This document shows, in pieces, positions 32,087 to 42,354 of a stretch of DNA of 64,000 nt. The position numbers and the translations under genes were made by a program. This stretch comes from a bacterium HR34. GTDB lineage: Bacteria; Patescibacteriota; Minisyncoccia; Minisyncoccales; HRBIN34. The DNA is taken from assembly GCA_002923395.1 (NCBI GenBank), contig BEIK01000003.1, positions 2,337 through 66,336 on the forward strand, written 5' to 3'. Each line of letters starts with the position of its first letter. Position 1 is the first letter of the stretch. The notes under the pieces are model-generated. The model was not told the origin of the DNA. It saw nothing but the letters and a program-made list of their open reading frames with translations, and made no database searches.

Positions 32087-33859
32087 ATGACGTTACTTGC
32101 TTTTCTACTTAATATTATTTACTTTTTATGGTTTTTAATAATATTAAAAAAGGCATTATTGTGGACAAAATTGTGGCAAACGAAAAATTACTATGTCGGT
32201 AGAATGTTGGCACACCTCGAAACTTACAATGGGAAAAGACTTATCTATAATAAATTAACTTACATAAAAGCATTTTTTATATTATCAGTTGCGGTGTTAT
32301 TTACCATAGGCTCACTTGTTAGTTTTTTTGATTTAATATTTTCTAAAACTAACATAGAATTATTTCATTATATTGCTGAAATTATTGAATCATTTGGTGT
32401 TCTACTTTTTTTCCCCTTCATCTTACCGATATTAATTGCACCTATAATCTATACATTGGAGGCAGGAAAATTTTTCTTCGATACAATAAGTGAAAAAGTA
32501 GAAAAGCCAGTTTTTACCCCAAAAGTTATTGGAATATTGATTTTATCTATTCTTATTCCTATTTTATTATTTTTTGGTTTTGATCATTTCTTATTACCTC
32601 TTTTTGATGAGATGCCATTATTGGGTTGGGGCCTAAAATTTAACTTAATGATCGTCCTAGATGGATTTATGCCCTTAATAGTCACTTTGGTTGTTTTATT
32701 CTTTTCTTTGATTACTTATTTAGTACAAAAACGAACTGAATCTGAGGTTAGGAAGAAACTAAAAGCATTAAATAACCTTAAAATTGTTGCTATTACAGGT
32801 TCTTATGGAAAAAGCACAGCAAAAGAGTTAATAGCCTTATTTTTATCTAAAAAATTTAATATTGTTAAGACAGAAAAAAATACTAATACTTCTTTTGGTA
32901 TTTACGATACTATTTTAAGAGAAGTTAACGAGAATACTGATATTTTTGTGGTAGAAATAGGCGCTTACAAGAAAAATGATATTGAAAAAACATGTAAAGT
33001 TTTTGGAGATAAATTTAAGGTAGGAGTCTTAACAGGAATAAACCAGCAGCACTTAAGGGTATTCGGTTCTCAAGAAAACATAATTAAAGCTAAATTTGAT
33101 ATAGTAAAACAACTTCCAGAAGGTGGTGTTGGGGTTGTTAATTACAATAGTAAATTGGTTGCCCAAAATATTGACATAATAGAAAACAAAAAGAAAATTT
33201 TATGTGGGTCTTCGCAAGAATGCGACTTTCAAGTAATTAATTTAAAGGTTGAAAAAGAAAAAGTATTGTTTACAATTCATAACAAAAGTAGTGGCGAAAA
33301 AGAGAATTTTGAAATTAAAAAACCAGGAGGAGAGCAATTGGCAGAAGGATTTTGCTTGGCTTGTGCTGCGTGCAGCGTTTTTAATATAAGTTTGTCTGAA
33401 ATAAAAGAATCTAGTCCGCAAGTAAACGAACTTTCTCATCCGATATCTTTGTATCACGCTAATAATTTGGATATAGTTGCTTCAACTTATTCTTCAAATC
33501 CCAATAGTGTATTGTCTATAAAAGACTATGTCAAACTTTGGGGCGGGAAAAAAGTTATTATTATGCCATGTCTTATAGAATTAGGAAAAGAAGCAAAAAG
33601 AATCCACAAGGAGTTAGCAATGGAATTAGAAAAAGTTTTTGATTTATCTATTTTTACAACAAGGGATTACGAAAAAGAGATTTTAAAAACTTTTCAGAAC
33701 AAAAACAAAGTGCTATTTTCAAGTGATAAAGAGTTAATTTTAAATAGAATCAAAGAAATTTTGAGCGACACAAAAGACAGCGTGTTGGTTTTAGAGGGGA
33801 GAAGTAGGCAGGATATTATAAATTATATATTCGAAAACTATGGAATTAATAACAATTAA
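32087..33859 (+). CDS. MurF-like Mur ligase with N-terminal multi-TM domain
   Basis: About 210-aa hydrophobic N-terminus, then ITGSYGKSTAKE, VVEIGAY, GIN.QHL..FGS, LIELG. Confidence 0.8.
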   Translation: MTLLAFLLNIIYFLWFLIILKKALLWTKLWQTKNYYVGRMLAHLETYNGKRLIYNKLTYIKAFFILSVAVLFTIGSLVSFFDLIFSKTNIELFHYIAEIIESFGVLLFFPFILPILIAPIIYTLEAGKFFFDTISEKVEKPVFTPKVIGILILSILIPILLFFGFDHFLLPLFDEMPLLGWGLKFNLMIVLDGFMPLIVTLVVLFFSLITYLVQKRTESEVRKKLKALNNLKIVAITGSYGKSTAKELIALFLSKKFNIVKTEKNTNTSFGIYDTILREVNENTDIFVVEIGAYKKNDIEKTCKVFGDKFKVGVLTGINQQHLRVFGSQENIIKAKFDIVKQLPEGGVGVVNYNSKLVAQNIDIIENKKKILCGSSQECDFQVINLKVEKEKVLFTIHNKSSGEKENFEIKKPGGEQLAEGFCLACAACSVFNISLSEIKESSPQVNELSHPISLYHANNLDIVASTYSSNPNSVLSIKDYVKLWGGKKVIIMPCLIELGKEAKRIHKELAMELEKVFDLSIFTTRDYEKEILKTFQNKNKVLFSSDKELILNRIKEILSDTKDSVLVLEGRSRQDIINYIFENYGINNN

Positions 33860-34889
33860 AAATAAAGAATTGTGGGATAGTTTATGTGATAAATGTTTTC
33901 ATGAAAAAACTTTTTTACAATCTTTTAATTGGGGAGTGTTTAATGAAAAATTAAACAATAAAGTTTTTTATTTTGGGGTAAAAGAGGGGAATGAGATTTT
34001 AGGAATTTGCTTGGTTATAGAAATAAAAGCAAAAAGAGGTACATTTCTGCACGTTCCTCATGGGCCTTTAATTTTTAAAGAAGAAAATAAGTTTAAAGTG
34101 ATGAAATTTTTAAGAGATAAACTATTTGAATTGGCAAAAGAAGAGGGCGCCAGTTTTGTGAGATTTTCTCCTATTCTACAAAAAACAGAAGAAAATGAAA
34201 AAATTTTTATAGATTTAGATTTTAATCCGTCTCCTATACACATGCACCCTGAGGTAACATGGGTTTTAGATATTTCTAAACCTGAAAGCGAACTTTTATA
34301 CGGAATGAGGAAAACAACAAGATATTTAATTAGACAGGCTTTTAACATTAAAGAACTCAAAGTGAGGGCATCAAAAAATATAGAGGATGTAGATAGATTT
34401 TATGACTTATATTCCTATACAGCAAAAGTTCAAAAGTTCACACCTTTTTCTTATAGTTACATAAAAAATGAATTCGAAGTTTTTGCCAATGACAAAAAGG
34501 CAATGCTCTTTTTTGCAGAGTATAAAAATAAACCCTTATCAACTGCTTTTATACTTTTCTGGAAGGATACAATATTCTATCATCATGGCGCTTCTGTGAG
34601 ATCAAAAATTCCAGCGTCATATCTTTTACAGTGGGAAATAATAAAAATAGCAAAACTTTCAAACTATAAATTTTATAACTTTTGGGGAATTTCGCCTGTA
34701 AAAAAAATAGGCAATAAAATAGAATTTGTTAATGAAAAACATCCTTGGAATGGTCTTAGTTTGTTTAAAATGAGGTTTGGTGGTGAAGTGCATGAGTATG
34801 TTAAAACTATGGATTTAGTTGTTTCTAAACCAAAATATTTGTTTAATAGACTTGTTGAAACATTAAGAAAGAAAAAAAGGGGATTGTGA
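33840..34889 (+). CDS. FemABX-family peptidoglycan bridge peptidyltransferase
   Basis: FLQSFNWG, P.GP, LDIS..E.EL...MRKTTRY.IR, YHHGAS, YLLQWE.I, YNFWGI, GLSLFK.RFGG. Confidence 0.88.
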   Translation: MELITIKNKELWDSLCDKCFHEKTFLQSFNWGVFNEKLNNKVFYFGVKEGNEILGICLVIEIKAKRGTFLHVPHGPLIFKEENKFKVMKFLRDKLFELAKEEGASFVRFSPILQKTEENEKIFIDLDFNPSPIHMHPEVTWVLDISKPESELLYGMRKTTRYLIRQAFNIKELKVRASKNIEDVDRFYDLYSYTAKVQKFTPFSYSYIKNEFEVFANDKKAMLFFAEYKNKPLSTAFILFWKDTIFYHHGASVRSKIPASYLLQWEIIKIAKLSNYKFYNFWGISPVKKIGNKIEFVNEKHPWNGLSLFKMRFGGEVHEYVKTMDLVVSKPKYLFNRLVETLRKKKRGL

Positions 34890-34896
34890 ATAAAAT

Positions 34897-35613
34897 ATGA
34901 GAAATAGAAAAAAGGGTGGTTCAATTTTTATTTTTGTTATTATTGGAGTTATTTTAGTAGGTGTTTTGGTATATTTTTTGTTCTTTTCAAGTTTTTTCAA
35001 AATTCAAAATATATTTCTTGTTTCTAATACAGAAGATTACGATAAATTTAATACTTTTTTTCAAACATATATAAATACGAATATCTTGTTTTTTAATAAA
35101 AATGAGTTCGTCGGCAACTTAAAAGATAAGTTTCCTATAGTCGACAATGTTGATATAAAAAAGAAATTTCCAAATTCTTTAGAGATAAAAATAGAATACA
35201 GGAAACCAAAATATTATGTTTGTTCGGAAGAGTGTTTTCTAATAGATAAAAAAGGATTTGTATTTCAAAAAGTAGATAAATCTTTTAATTTTGATGAGTT
35301 GGTAAAGCTTGAGAACGGTTTTAATAATATAAAAGTTGGCAAATATATTGCAAGCGAAAGCGATTTTAATAAGATAGATTTTATATTAAATAACTTAGCA
35401 GGCAACAACATAAAAGTTTTAAGTGTAGATCTTAAAAACGAAACTGTTTATTTTAATAATGAAGATTTTTCTATAATTTTTGCATTAGTTGAAGATGTGA
35501 ACTGGCAGTTGGAAAAATTTTTTACAGCGTTAAAGAAAATAAAAGACACAGAAGACATGAATAAACTTGAATACATAGATGTAAGATTCGGAGATAGAGT
35601 GTATTATAAGTGA
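34897..35613 (+). CDS. ftsQ: FtsQ/DivIB-like cell division protein
   Basis: N-terminal TM, POTRA-like KKKFPNSLEIKI, C-terminal EYIDVRFGDRVYYK. Confidence 0.7.
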   Translation: MRNRKKGGSIFIFVIIGVILVGVLVYFLFFSSFFKIQNIFLVSNTEDYDKFNTFFQTYINTNILFFNKNEFVGNLKDKFPIVDNVDIKKKFPNSLEIKIEYRKPKYYVCSEECFLIDKKGFVFQKVDKSFNFDELVKLENGFNNIKVGKYIASESDFNKIDFILNNLAGNNIKVLSVDLKNETVYFNNEDFSIIFALVEDVNWQLEKFFTALKKIKDTEDMNKLEYIDVRFGDRVYYK

Positions 35614-35710
35614 TTTTTAAATAGGATTAATTGATAAAGAGTATGTAATTTGAGCCCACCTTTTTACTTATTTTTTTTACCGATTTTATTATATTTAATG
35701 AAACATACCC

Positions 35711-35743
35711 GTCCCAAACGTTCACAATGTGAACGTTTGGGAC
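35711..35743. repeat. Intergenic hairpin of the TTCAC-N-GTGAA family, copy 2
   Basis: GTCCCAAACGTTCAC-AAT-GTGAACGTTTGGGAC, perfect 15-bp arms. Confidence 0.8.
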
Positions 35744-35941
35744 AAGGAATATGTTATTAATTTTTTTCTATTTTTTTTCATAAATTCGAATTGATAAACA
35801 TTAAAAATATTTTTATATCTTTGTGTCGCCAATTTTAAATCAATTATAAAATTAATTTTTATCTGTAAATAAAAACCTTACACATTGAGCTCGCTTTTTA
35901 TTTTTTTATAGTATGATAAAATTTAATATTAATCAAAAATA

Positions 35942-37255
35942 ATGAAAATAAAACAACTTTTAAAGCCTAAAATATTGATTCTTGGTTTCGGAAGAGAGGG
36001 ACAGGATAATCTTAAATTTCTTTTGAAAATAGGCAAAAAATATAATATTGGCATTGCTGACAAAAATTCTCTTGAGGTATTTCCAGAAAGGGTACAGAAC
36101 TTAATAAGAAAACATAAGATAAATTTTTATAGCGGAGATGATTATTTGAAAGCCATAAAAGATTATGAAGTTATTATCAAAAGCCCAGGCATACCATTTA
36201 AAATATTGCCTAAAAAATTACTCAAAGGTAAAATTTTAACAAGCCAGACGGATATATTTTTTAGCAATCATAAAGGAACAATTATAGGAATTACAGGGAC
36301 GAAAGGAAAGAGCACAACAACCACTTTAATTTATAAAATATTAAAGGAAAACCTTAAAACAGGAAAAGCAAAATATAAAAGAGTATTTTTAATTGGGAAT
36401 ATAGGAAAGCCTGTTTTGTCCTATTTGAGAGATAGTAAGAATGGAGATATTTATGTTTATGAACTTTCCTGCCACCAATTGCATAATTTAAGACAAAGTC
36501 CTCATATAGCAGTTTGGACAAATATTTACAGAGAACATCTCGATTACTATAAATCTTTCAAAGATTATTATATGTCAAAGGCTAATATAACTTTGTGGCA
36601 AACAGAAAAGGATCACATAGTTTATGGCGCAGATTACAAAATTGTTGAAAATATAGTTAAAAAATCAAAAGCAATAAAGCACCCTATTAAAGGAAAATAT
36701 TATGAACTTGATTTTGACTTGGCACGTGAAGTTGGAAAAATAATGGGGGTAGAAGATGGAATAATAAACAAAGTTTTTTCAAAATTTAAGAATTTGGAAT
36801 GCAGGCTTGAGTTTGTAGGTGAATTCAAGGGTATAAAGTTTTATAATGATTCTTTGGCAACAATACCAGAAGCTACGATTTTTGCCATAAAAAAATTTGG
36901 AAAAGGCAATATTGGCTCAATATTTTTAGGCGGTTATGAAAGGTTTTATAATTTCAAAGATTTGGCAAAAGTTATTTTAGGTTACAAAATAGATAATTTA
37001 ATTTTATTTCCAGTTACAGGTGAAAGAATTTTGAATGATATTAAAAACGAAGCGAAAAAAAGAAAAATTGTTATGCCAAAATATTTTAATGTTAACAATA
37101 TGAAAGATGCTGTAAAAATTGCCTTTGATGTTACTCCAAAAGGAAAAATATCTTTGCTTTCCTGCGCTTCTCCAAGTTATAACTTGTTTAAAGATTACAA
37201 AGACAGAGGAGATCAATTTAAAAGATATGTTATTTTATTCGGCAAGGAAAATTAA
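35942..37255 (+). CDS. murD: UDP-N-acetylmuramoyl-L-alanine--D-glutamate ligase
   Basis: LGFGREG, KSPGIP, ITGTKGKSTT, GNIG, YELS, EHLDY, YNDSLAT, ASPSY..FKDY.DRG..F. Confidence 0.93.
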   Translation: MKIKQLLKPKILILGFGREGQDNLKFLLKIGKKYNIGIADKNSLEVFPERVQNLIRKHKINFYSGDDYLKAIKDYEVIIKSPGIPFKILPKKLLKGKILTSQTDIFFSNHKGTIIGITGTKGKSTTTTLIYKILKENLKTGKAKYKRVFLIGNIGKPVLSYLRDSKNGDIYVYELSCHQLHNLRQSPHIAVWTNIYREHLDYYKSFKDYYMSKANITLWQTEKDHIVYGADYKIVENIVKKSKAIKHPIKGKYYELDFDLAREVGKIMGVEDGIINKVFSKFKNLECRLEFVGEFKGIKFYNDSLATIPEATIFAIKKFGKGNIGSIFLGGYERFYNFKDLAKVILGYKIDNLILFPVTGERILNDIKNEAKKRKIVMPKYFNVNNMKDAVKIAFDVTPKGKISLLSCASPSYNLFKDYKDRGDQFKRYVILFGKEN

Positions 37256-38405
37256 AGATAATCTTGGTTTTTTAAAAAATGATTACTTTGCTTTAATTAT
37301 AATTTTTATAGTAGCTCTTCTTTCAATCGTGGGTATTTTGGCTATATATAGCGCTTCTGCTTATGACTCTTTTCAAAGCTTTGGCAATTATACTTATTTT
37401 TTAAATAGACATCTCGCCTTTATTGGCATTGGGGTTTTAATGTTTTTTATTTTCTATTTTCTAAATCTAAACATTATAAAAAATTATTCTTTTTTCTTTT
37501 TTTTAGCAGCTCTTGTTTTTATGTTTTTTGTTTTTTTACCCGGAATAGGGCAGGGGGTAGGAGAGTCAAAGAGGTGGGTAGATTTAAGATTTATAAGTGT
37601 TCAGCCTTCAGAATTTTTAAAGCCACTTCTTTTAATATATGTTGCAGCGTTTTTTTCAAAATTTAGTTTGGATAAGGATATTAAAAAGGATATTATTAAT
37701 ATAAAAAGTTATTTTCAAAAAGTTTGCCTTCCTTATTTTAAAAAAGTTTGGTTGCCTTTTATTTCAATCATTAGTTCGGTTGCTTTTGCTTTTTATTTTC
37801 AAAAAGATGCAGGTACCTTTTTTTTAATTGCTGCTCCAGTTGCTTTTATGTTTTTGATTACGAGCGCTCCCAAGTTAATTAAGGTTTTAACTGTGATTAT
37901 ATTTTTAATTGCAGCTTTTTTAATGGTTATATCAGAAGAATACAGAATTGTGAGAATTCAAGGTTTTTTTAATTCAACAGATATTTTGAGCTCTGATTAT
38001 CAAAGCGTTCAATCTTTGATTTCTATGGGAAGTGGAGGTCTACTGGGGCAGGGGATAGGTGCTGGTTTTTCTAAAACAAATGTTCCATTAACAAAAAACG
38101 ATTTTATATTCTCTGTTATAGGAGAAGAAATGGGTTTTTTGGGAAGTTTGTTAATAGTTACTTTGTTTATTATTTTTATGATGACAGGATTTTTAATGGC
38201 AAGAAGAGTTGATAATATATTTAATAAACTGCTTATTTATGGTATAGTTATATTATTATCGCTTCAGGCAATGATAAATATTCAATCTGCAGTTGGCGGA
38301 ATAGTTAAAGGTATTCCTTTACCTTTTATAAGTTATGGAGGTTCTGCAACTATTACAGCTTTTAGTATGATAGGTTTGCTACTTAATGCTTATAAAAATA
38401 ATTAA
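37227..38405 (+). CDS. ftsW: SEDS family protein FtsW (start placed at the internal ATG)
   Basis: IYSAS, RW.....SVQPSEFLK, QKDAGT, YQS.QSL...GSGG, NDFIFSVIGEE.G, GIPLPFISYGGS; upstream of murG. Confidence 0.85.
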   Translation: MLFYSARKIKDNLGFLKNDYFALIIIFIVALLSIVGILAIYSASAYDSFQSFGNYTYFLNRHLAFIGIGVLMFFIFYFLNLNIIKNYSFFFFLAALVFMFFVFLPGIGQGVGESKRWVDLRFISVQPSEFLKPLLLIYVAAFFSKFSLDKDIKKDIINIKSYFQKVCLPYFKKVWLPFISIISSVAFAFYFQKDAGTFFLIAAPVAFMFLITSAPKLIKVLTVIIFLIAAFLMVISEEYRIVRIQGFFNSTDILSSDYQSVQSLISMGSGGLLGQGIGAGFSKTNVPLTKNDFIFSVIGEEMGFLGSLLIVTLFIIFMMTGFLMARRVDNIFNKLLIYGIVILLSLQAMINIQSAVGGIVKGIPLPFISYGGSATITAFSMIGLLLNAYKNN

Positions 38406-38413
38406 ATTTATTT

Positions 38414-39625
38414 ATGAGTAAAAAAGTTATTGTTTTTACAGGAGGTGGAACAGGAGGGCATATTTTCCCAATAATTTCTATCGTAAGAGGGTTAAAAAAA
38501 ATAGCTCCAAACGAGTTTGAATATTATTATTTAGGTCCTGAAGATCCTCCAGAATTAATAGCGCCTCTTGAATTAGAAGGTATAAAAGTAAAATTTATAA
38601 AAACAGGGAAAATAAGAAGATATTTCAATATTGGCGACGTTGTTTCTAATGTGGTGGATCTCGTTTTTTATGTTCCAATAGGTATTTTTCAGGCATTTGG
38701 TTTTGTTTTTTCAAAGTATCCGGATTTAGTTTTTTGTAAGGGTGGTTATGGATCTTTACCAACTGCTTTATCTGCTTTTCTTTTAAGAACTCCTATTTTT
38801 TTACACGAATCAGATTTAGAGCCCGGATTGGCTAACAAAATAATTTCTAAATTCAGCCTTCTTATTTTTACATCATTCCAAGAAACTAGTTATTTTAATC
38901 CAAAAAAAACTATATTTGTTGGTAATCCTGTTAGAAAAGAAATGTTTGATATGAAATTAGAGCAAGCAATTGATATTTTGAATATTACAGGAGAAAAAAA
39001 AGTTGTTGCTTTTTTGGGAGGGTCACAAGGAGCCCGTTTTATAAATGAAATGATTTTAAACGCAATAAACGATTTTATTGATAATTTTGAAATAATTCAT
39101 CAAACAGGGAAATATAATTATAAACAAGTATCAGCAGAGGCTTTAGCTTCATTGGCGCCTGAAAAGAGAAAATACTATCATTCTTTCCCAGTTCTTACAG
39201 AAAGACAACTTGCCGCAACTTATAAGATTGCCGATATTATTGTATCTCGTGGCGGAGCTGGAGCAATATTTGAAATAGCAGCATCTGGGAAACCAAGCAT
39301 AATAATACCTTTTCCTTTTGCAGCAAAACATCATCAAGAGCAAAATGCTTTTTATTACCAGAAAAAAGGCGCTTGTATTGTTTTGGAGCAAGAAGTTGCC
39401 ACACCCCACTTTTTTTTGGAAAAAATAAAAAGTATATTAAACAATCCTACGCTTTATGAAAAGATGTCAAAAGCCGCAAAAGAATTCGCTACCATAGACG
39501 CAGGTGATAAAATAGCAAGATATATAGTTTCATACTTAAAACCTGAGATATTACAACAAAAAGAAAAAGAATCTGGAAAAGAAGAACAGATTGAAAAACT
39601 TATAAAACAAAACTATGAAAGTTAG
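38414..39625 (+). CDS. murG: Lipid II GlcNAc transferase MurG
   Basis: TGGGTGGHIFP, GGYGS.P, HESD..PGLANK, GNPVR, GGSQGA, SRGGAGAIFE. Confidence 0.96.
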   Translation: MSKKVIVFTGGGTGGHIFPIISIVRGLKKIAPNEFEYYYLGPEDPPELIAPLELEGIKVKFIKTGKIRRYFNIGDVVSNVVDLVFYVPIGIFQAFGFVFSKYPDLVFCKGGYGSLPTALSAFLLRTPIFLHESDLEPGLANKIISKFSLLIFTSFQETSYFNPKKTIFVGNPVRKEMFDMKLEQAIDILNITGEKKVVAFLGGSQGARFINEMILNAINDFIDNFEIIHQTGKYNYKQVSAEALASLAPEKRKYYHSFPVLTERQLAATYKIADIIVSRGGAGAIFEIAASGKPSIIIPFPFAAKHHQEQNAFYYQKKGACIVLEQEVATPHFFLEKIKSILNNPTLYEKMSKAAKEFATIDAGDKIARYIVSYLKPEILQQKEKESGKEEQIEKLIKQNYES

Positions 39626-41129
39626 AGTCAGATTAGCCCCTTCACCAACAGGTTATTTGCATATGGGAACCGCTCGTGTCGCCTTGTTTAATTATCTATT
39701 TGCTAAACAAAATAACGGCTCTTTTATTTTAAGAATAGAAGACACAGATAAAGAAAGATCAAAAAAAGAATATGAGGAAGATATTATAAAATCTCTTTTA
39801 TGGTTAGGTTTGAAATGGAATGAAGGTCCTGATTATAATGATTACTCAAACTATATAGGAGATCACGGTCCTTATAGACAAAGCGAAAGAGTAAGTTTAT
39901 ATAAAAAGTATTTGGAAATTTTATTAAACAAAGGTTTGGCATATTATTGTTTTTGTTTACCAGAAGAACTCGAGGCTCAAAAAAATTACTTAATAAGCAT
40001 AGGAAAACCTCCTGTTTATTCTGGAAAATGCAGAGAGTTAAAAAAAGAAGAAGTTTTAAAAAAACTTGAAAAGGGAGAAAGACATATAATAAGATTGGCT
40101 GTTCCAAAGGATAAAATTATAAAATTTAATGATATTGTGAGGGGAGAAATTAAAATAAATAGTTCTATTATAGGTGATTTTTCTATTGCAAAAGGGTTAG
40201 AGGAGCCTTTGTATAATTTTGCTGTTGTTGTAGATGATTACGAAATGGAAATAAGTCATATTATTAGAGGGGAGGATCATATTTCAAATACTCCCAAGCA
40301 AATAATTATTCAGCAAATGCTAAATTTTAACAAAGTTTATTATGCTCATTTACCTTTAATTTTAGCTCCAGATAGAACAAAACTAAGTAAGCGTCATGGA
40401 GCAGTTTCTGTTATGGAGTTTAAGAAAATGGGTTATCTACCAGAATCAATTATTAATTTTTTGGCTTTTTTGGGATGGAATCCGGGAACAGACAAAGAAA
40501 TATATTCGTTACAAGAGTTAATAAAAGATTTTTCATTAGAAAGGATTCAAAAGTCAGGAGCTATTTTCAATATTAAAAAACTAGATTTTCTAAATTCTTA
40601 TTACATTAAGCAAAAAAGCGCTGACGAACTTTTTGATTTATCATATGAATACATAAAAGATTTTATAAAACAAGAAAGCGATAAAGATAAAATTAAAAAA
40701 ATTTTAGAAGTTTATAAAACAAGGATAAACAAACTTTCAGATTTGCCAACAGAAATAGACTTTTTCTTTAAAGACATTAATTATCCTAAAGATTTATTAA
40801 GATGGAAAGACGCCACAGATACAGAAATCCTTCTTTGTATTGATAAGTTAGAAGATACATTAGATAATATAAAAGAGGAGGATTTTAATAGAGATTATTT
40901 ATCGCAAGTTTTATTAAAAGAGGCCCAAGAATTTGCTAAAATAATAAATAGAGACGAAAAAGATAGGGGATATATGCTGTGGACTTTAAGAGTAGCTTTA
41001 ACTGGCAAGAAATTTTCAGCAGGACCATTTGAAATTATGGAAATTTTAGGCAAAAAAGAAACAATAAGAAGACTTAAAAAAGCAGGAGAAATAATACAAA
41101 AAAACAGTAATGGAAATAACGATAATTAA
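39615..41129 (+). CDS. gltX: Glutamate--tRNA ligase
   Basis: RLAPSPTGYLHMG, LRIEDTD, RGEDHISNT, KLSKR. Confidence 0.96.
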   Translation: MKVRVRLAPSPTGYLHMGTARVALFNYLFAKQNNGSFILRIEDTDKERSKKEYEEDIIKSLLWLGLKWNEGPDYNDYSNYIGDHGPYRQSERVSLYKKYLEILLNKGLAYYCFCLPEELEAQKNYLISIGKPPVYSGKCRELKKEEVLKKLEKGERHIIRLAVPKDKIIKFNDIVRGEIKINSSIIGDFSIAKGLEEPLYNFAVVVDDYEMEISHIIRGEDHISNTPKQIIIQQMLNFNKVYYAHLPLILAPDRTKLSKRHGAVSVMEFKKMGYLPESIINFLAFLGWNPGTDKEIYSLQELIKDFSLERIQKSGAIFNIKKLDFLNSYYIKQKSADELFDLSYEYIKDFIKQESDKDKIKKILEVYKTRINKLSDLPTEIDFFFKDINYPKDLLRWKDATDTEILLCIDKLEDTLDNIKEEDFNRDYLSQVLLKEAQEFAKIINRDEKDRGYMLWTLRVALTGKKFSAGPFEIMEILGKKETIRRLKKAGEIIQKNSNGNNDN

Positions 41130-41595
41130 AAAGAAAAATATAATTGTAAGTTTTTTAATAAGTGCTTTTTTGTTATCTTTTGCTTTTGTTTTTGCTCAAG
41201 GTAATCAATTAAATAACTTTTCTAATGGTTCTTTTAAGAATGGTACTAATCAAATAGAAATACCCAGAGACTTAAAAGATATTGAAAATATGGGTGATAA
41301 GGTAATAGAAACAACGAAAATTTTAGTGCCTAAAATTATAAAACAAATTTGGGAAGAAAAAATACTTCCTATTTGGCAAAAAATGTGGGATTATGCGAGA
41401 AATTTATGGGAAAAACATTTTGCAGATTCTTTTAACAATTTTTTAAAACAACTTGAAGAGTGGCTTGGTGTTACATTTAAAGAAAGAAAAGAATTAACAA
41501 AAGAAAAATTTGAAAAAGAAAAAGAAGAATTTACAAAAGAAGCTCCAGAATTAGGCAAATCTCTTTGGGAAAAATTATGGGAATTAATTAAATAA
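41110..41595 (+). CDS. Hypothetical exported/membrane-anchored amphipathic helical protein
   Basis: Signal peptide-like N-terminus, Trp-periodic helices. Confidence 0.6.
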   Translation: MEITIIKKKNIIVSFLISAFLLSFAFVFAQGNQLNNFSNGSFKNGTNQIEIPRDLKDIENMGDKVIETTKILVPKIIKQIWEEKILPIWQKMWDYARNLWEKHFADSFNNFLKQLEEWLGVTFKERKELTKEKFEKEKEEFTKEAPELGKSLWEKLWELIK

Positions 41596-41609
41596 AAATA
41601 TAAAATATA

Positions 41610-42240
41610 TTGTTAAAAATCCATAAGTTCCACCAACCAAAGATAGCAGTAATGAAAGTGAAAAATTAAAGTTTCAAGAAATATTTTCAGAAATAGATAA
41701 GCAATATTATTTTATAAATGAATATTTTAATGAGATTAGAGATAAGAAAATAAATTATCCAGATAGAAAAGAATTTGAAGAGTTTATAGACATACTAAAA
41801 AAATGTTTTTTGGTGTTTTGCCAATTATTATTTAAAAAGCACGTATTACAAAAATATAATTAAAAATTACGATCTTACTCCTGAAGACGAATTTAAAATA
41901 TTAGAAGATACCAAAAAAGAAATTCAAGAAATTGATGAATATTTGAAATCCATTAATGATCTTATTAACGAAAGAAATAACTTTGCTCAAAAGAGTAAGA
42001 GCGAAAACATGTATAAATGTACGACTTCATTATATAAAATATATACTTGCTGGATAGAGATGGTCTCTATGTACTTAATAGCGATATAGACTATTTTTAG
42101 AAATCCAAATGAACAAAATAAAAAATCAGCTCTTCAATATCTTGGACTTTCATTTACTATTTTGGAAAGACCTCAAATGATATTGAAATGATCCATAGTT
42201 ATGCTAATAAACTTAAAAACAATATGAACCTAAAATAATA
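41610..42240 (+). pseudogene. Decayed orphan coding-like sequence (ends approximate)
   Basis: Coding-like stretches (e.g. ESEKLKFQEIFSEIDKQYY.., DLTPEDEFKILEDTKKEIQEIDEYL..) broken by stops and frameshifts. Confidence 0.4.
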
Positions 42241-42272
42241 ATAACTTATGGGTGGAGGATTATATCAATTTA

Positions 42273-42300
42273 ACGTCGCACAATATAGATAAAGCGACGT
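42273..42300. other. dif-like chromosome dimer resolution site (palindromic, single-Xer type)
   Basis: ACGTCGCACAA-TATAGA-TAAAGCGACGT, 11+6+11 layout with inverted arms; at the gene-strand switch, 1.4 kb from a Xer-type recombinase. Confidence 0.7.
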
Positions 42301-42354
42301 ATAATTAAAAAAGAATCTTTACTCATCTACTTAGGTTTTTAATAGCTTTTCCAA

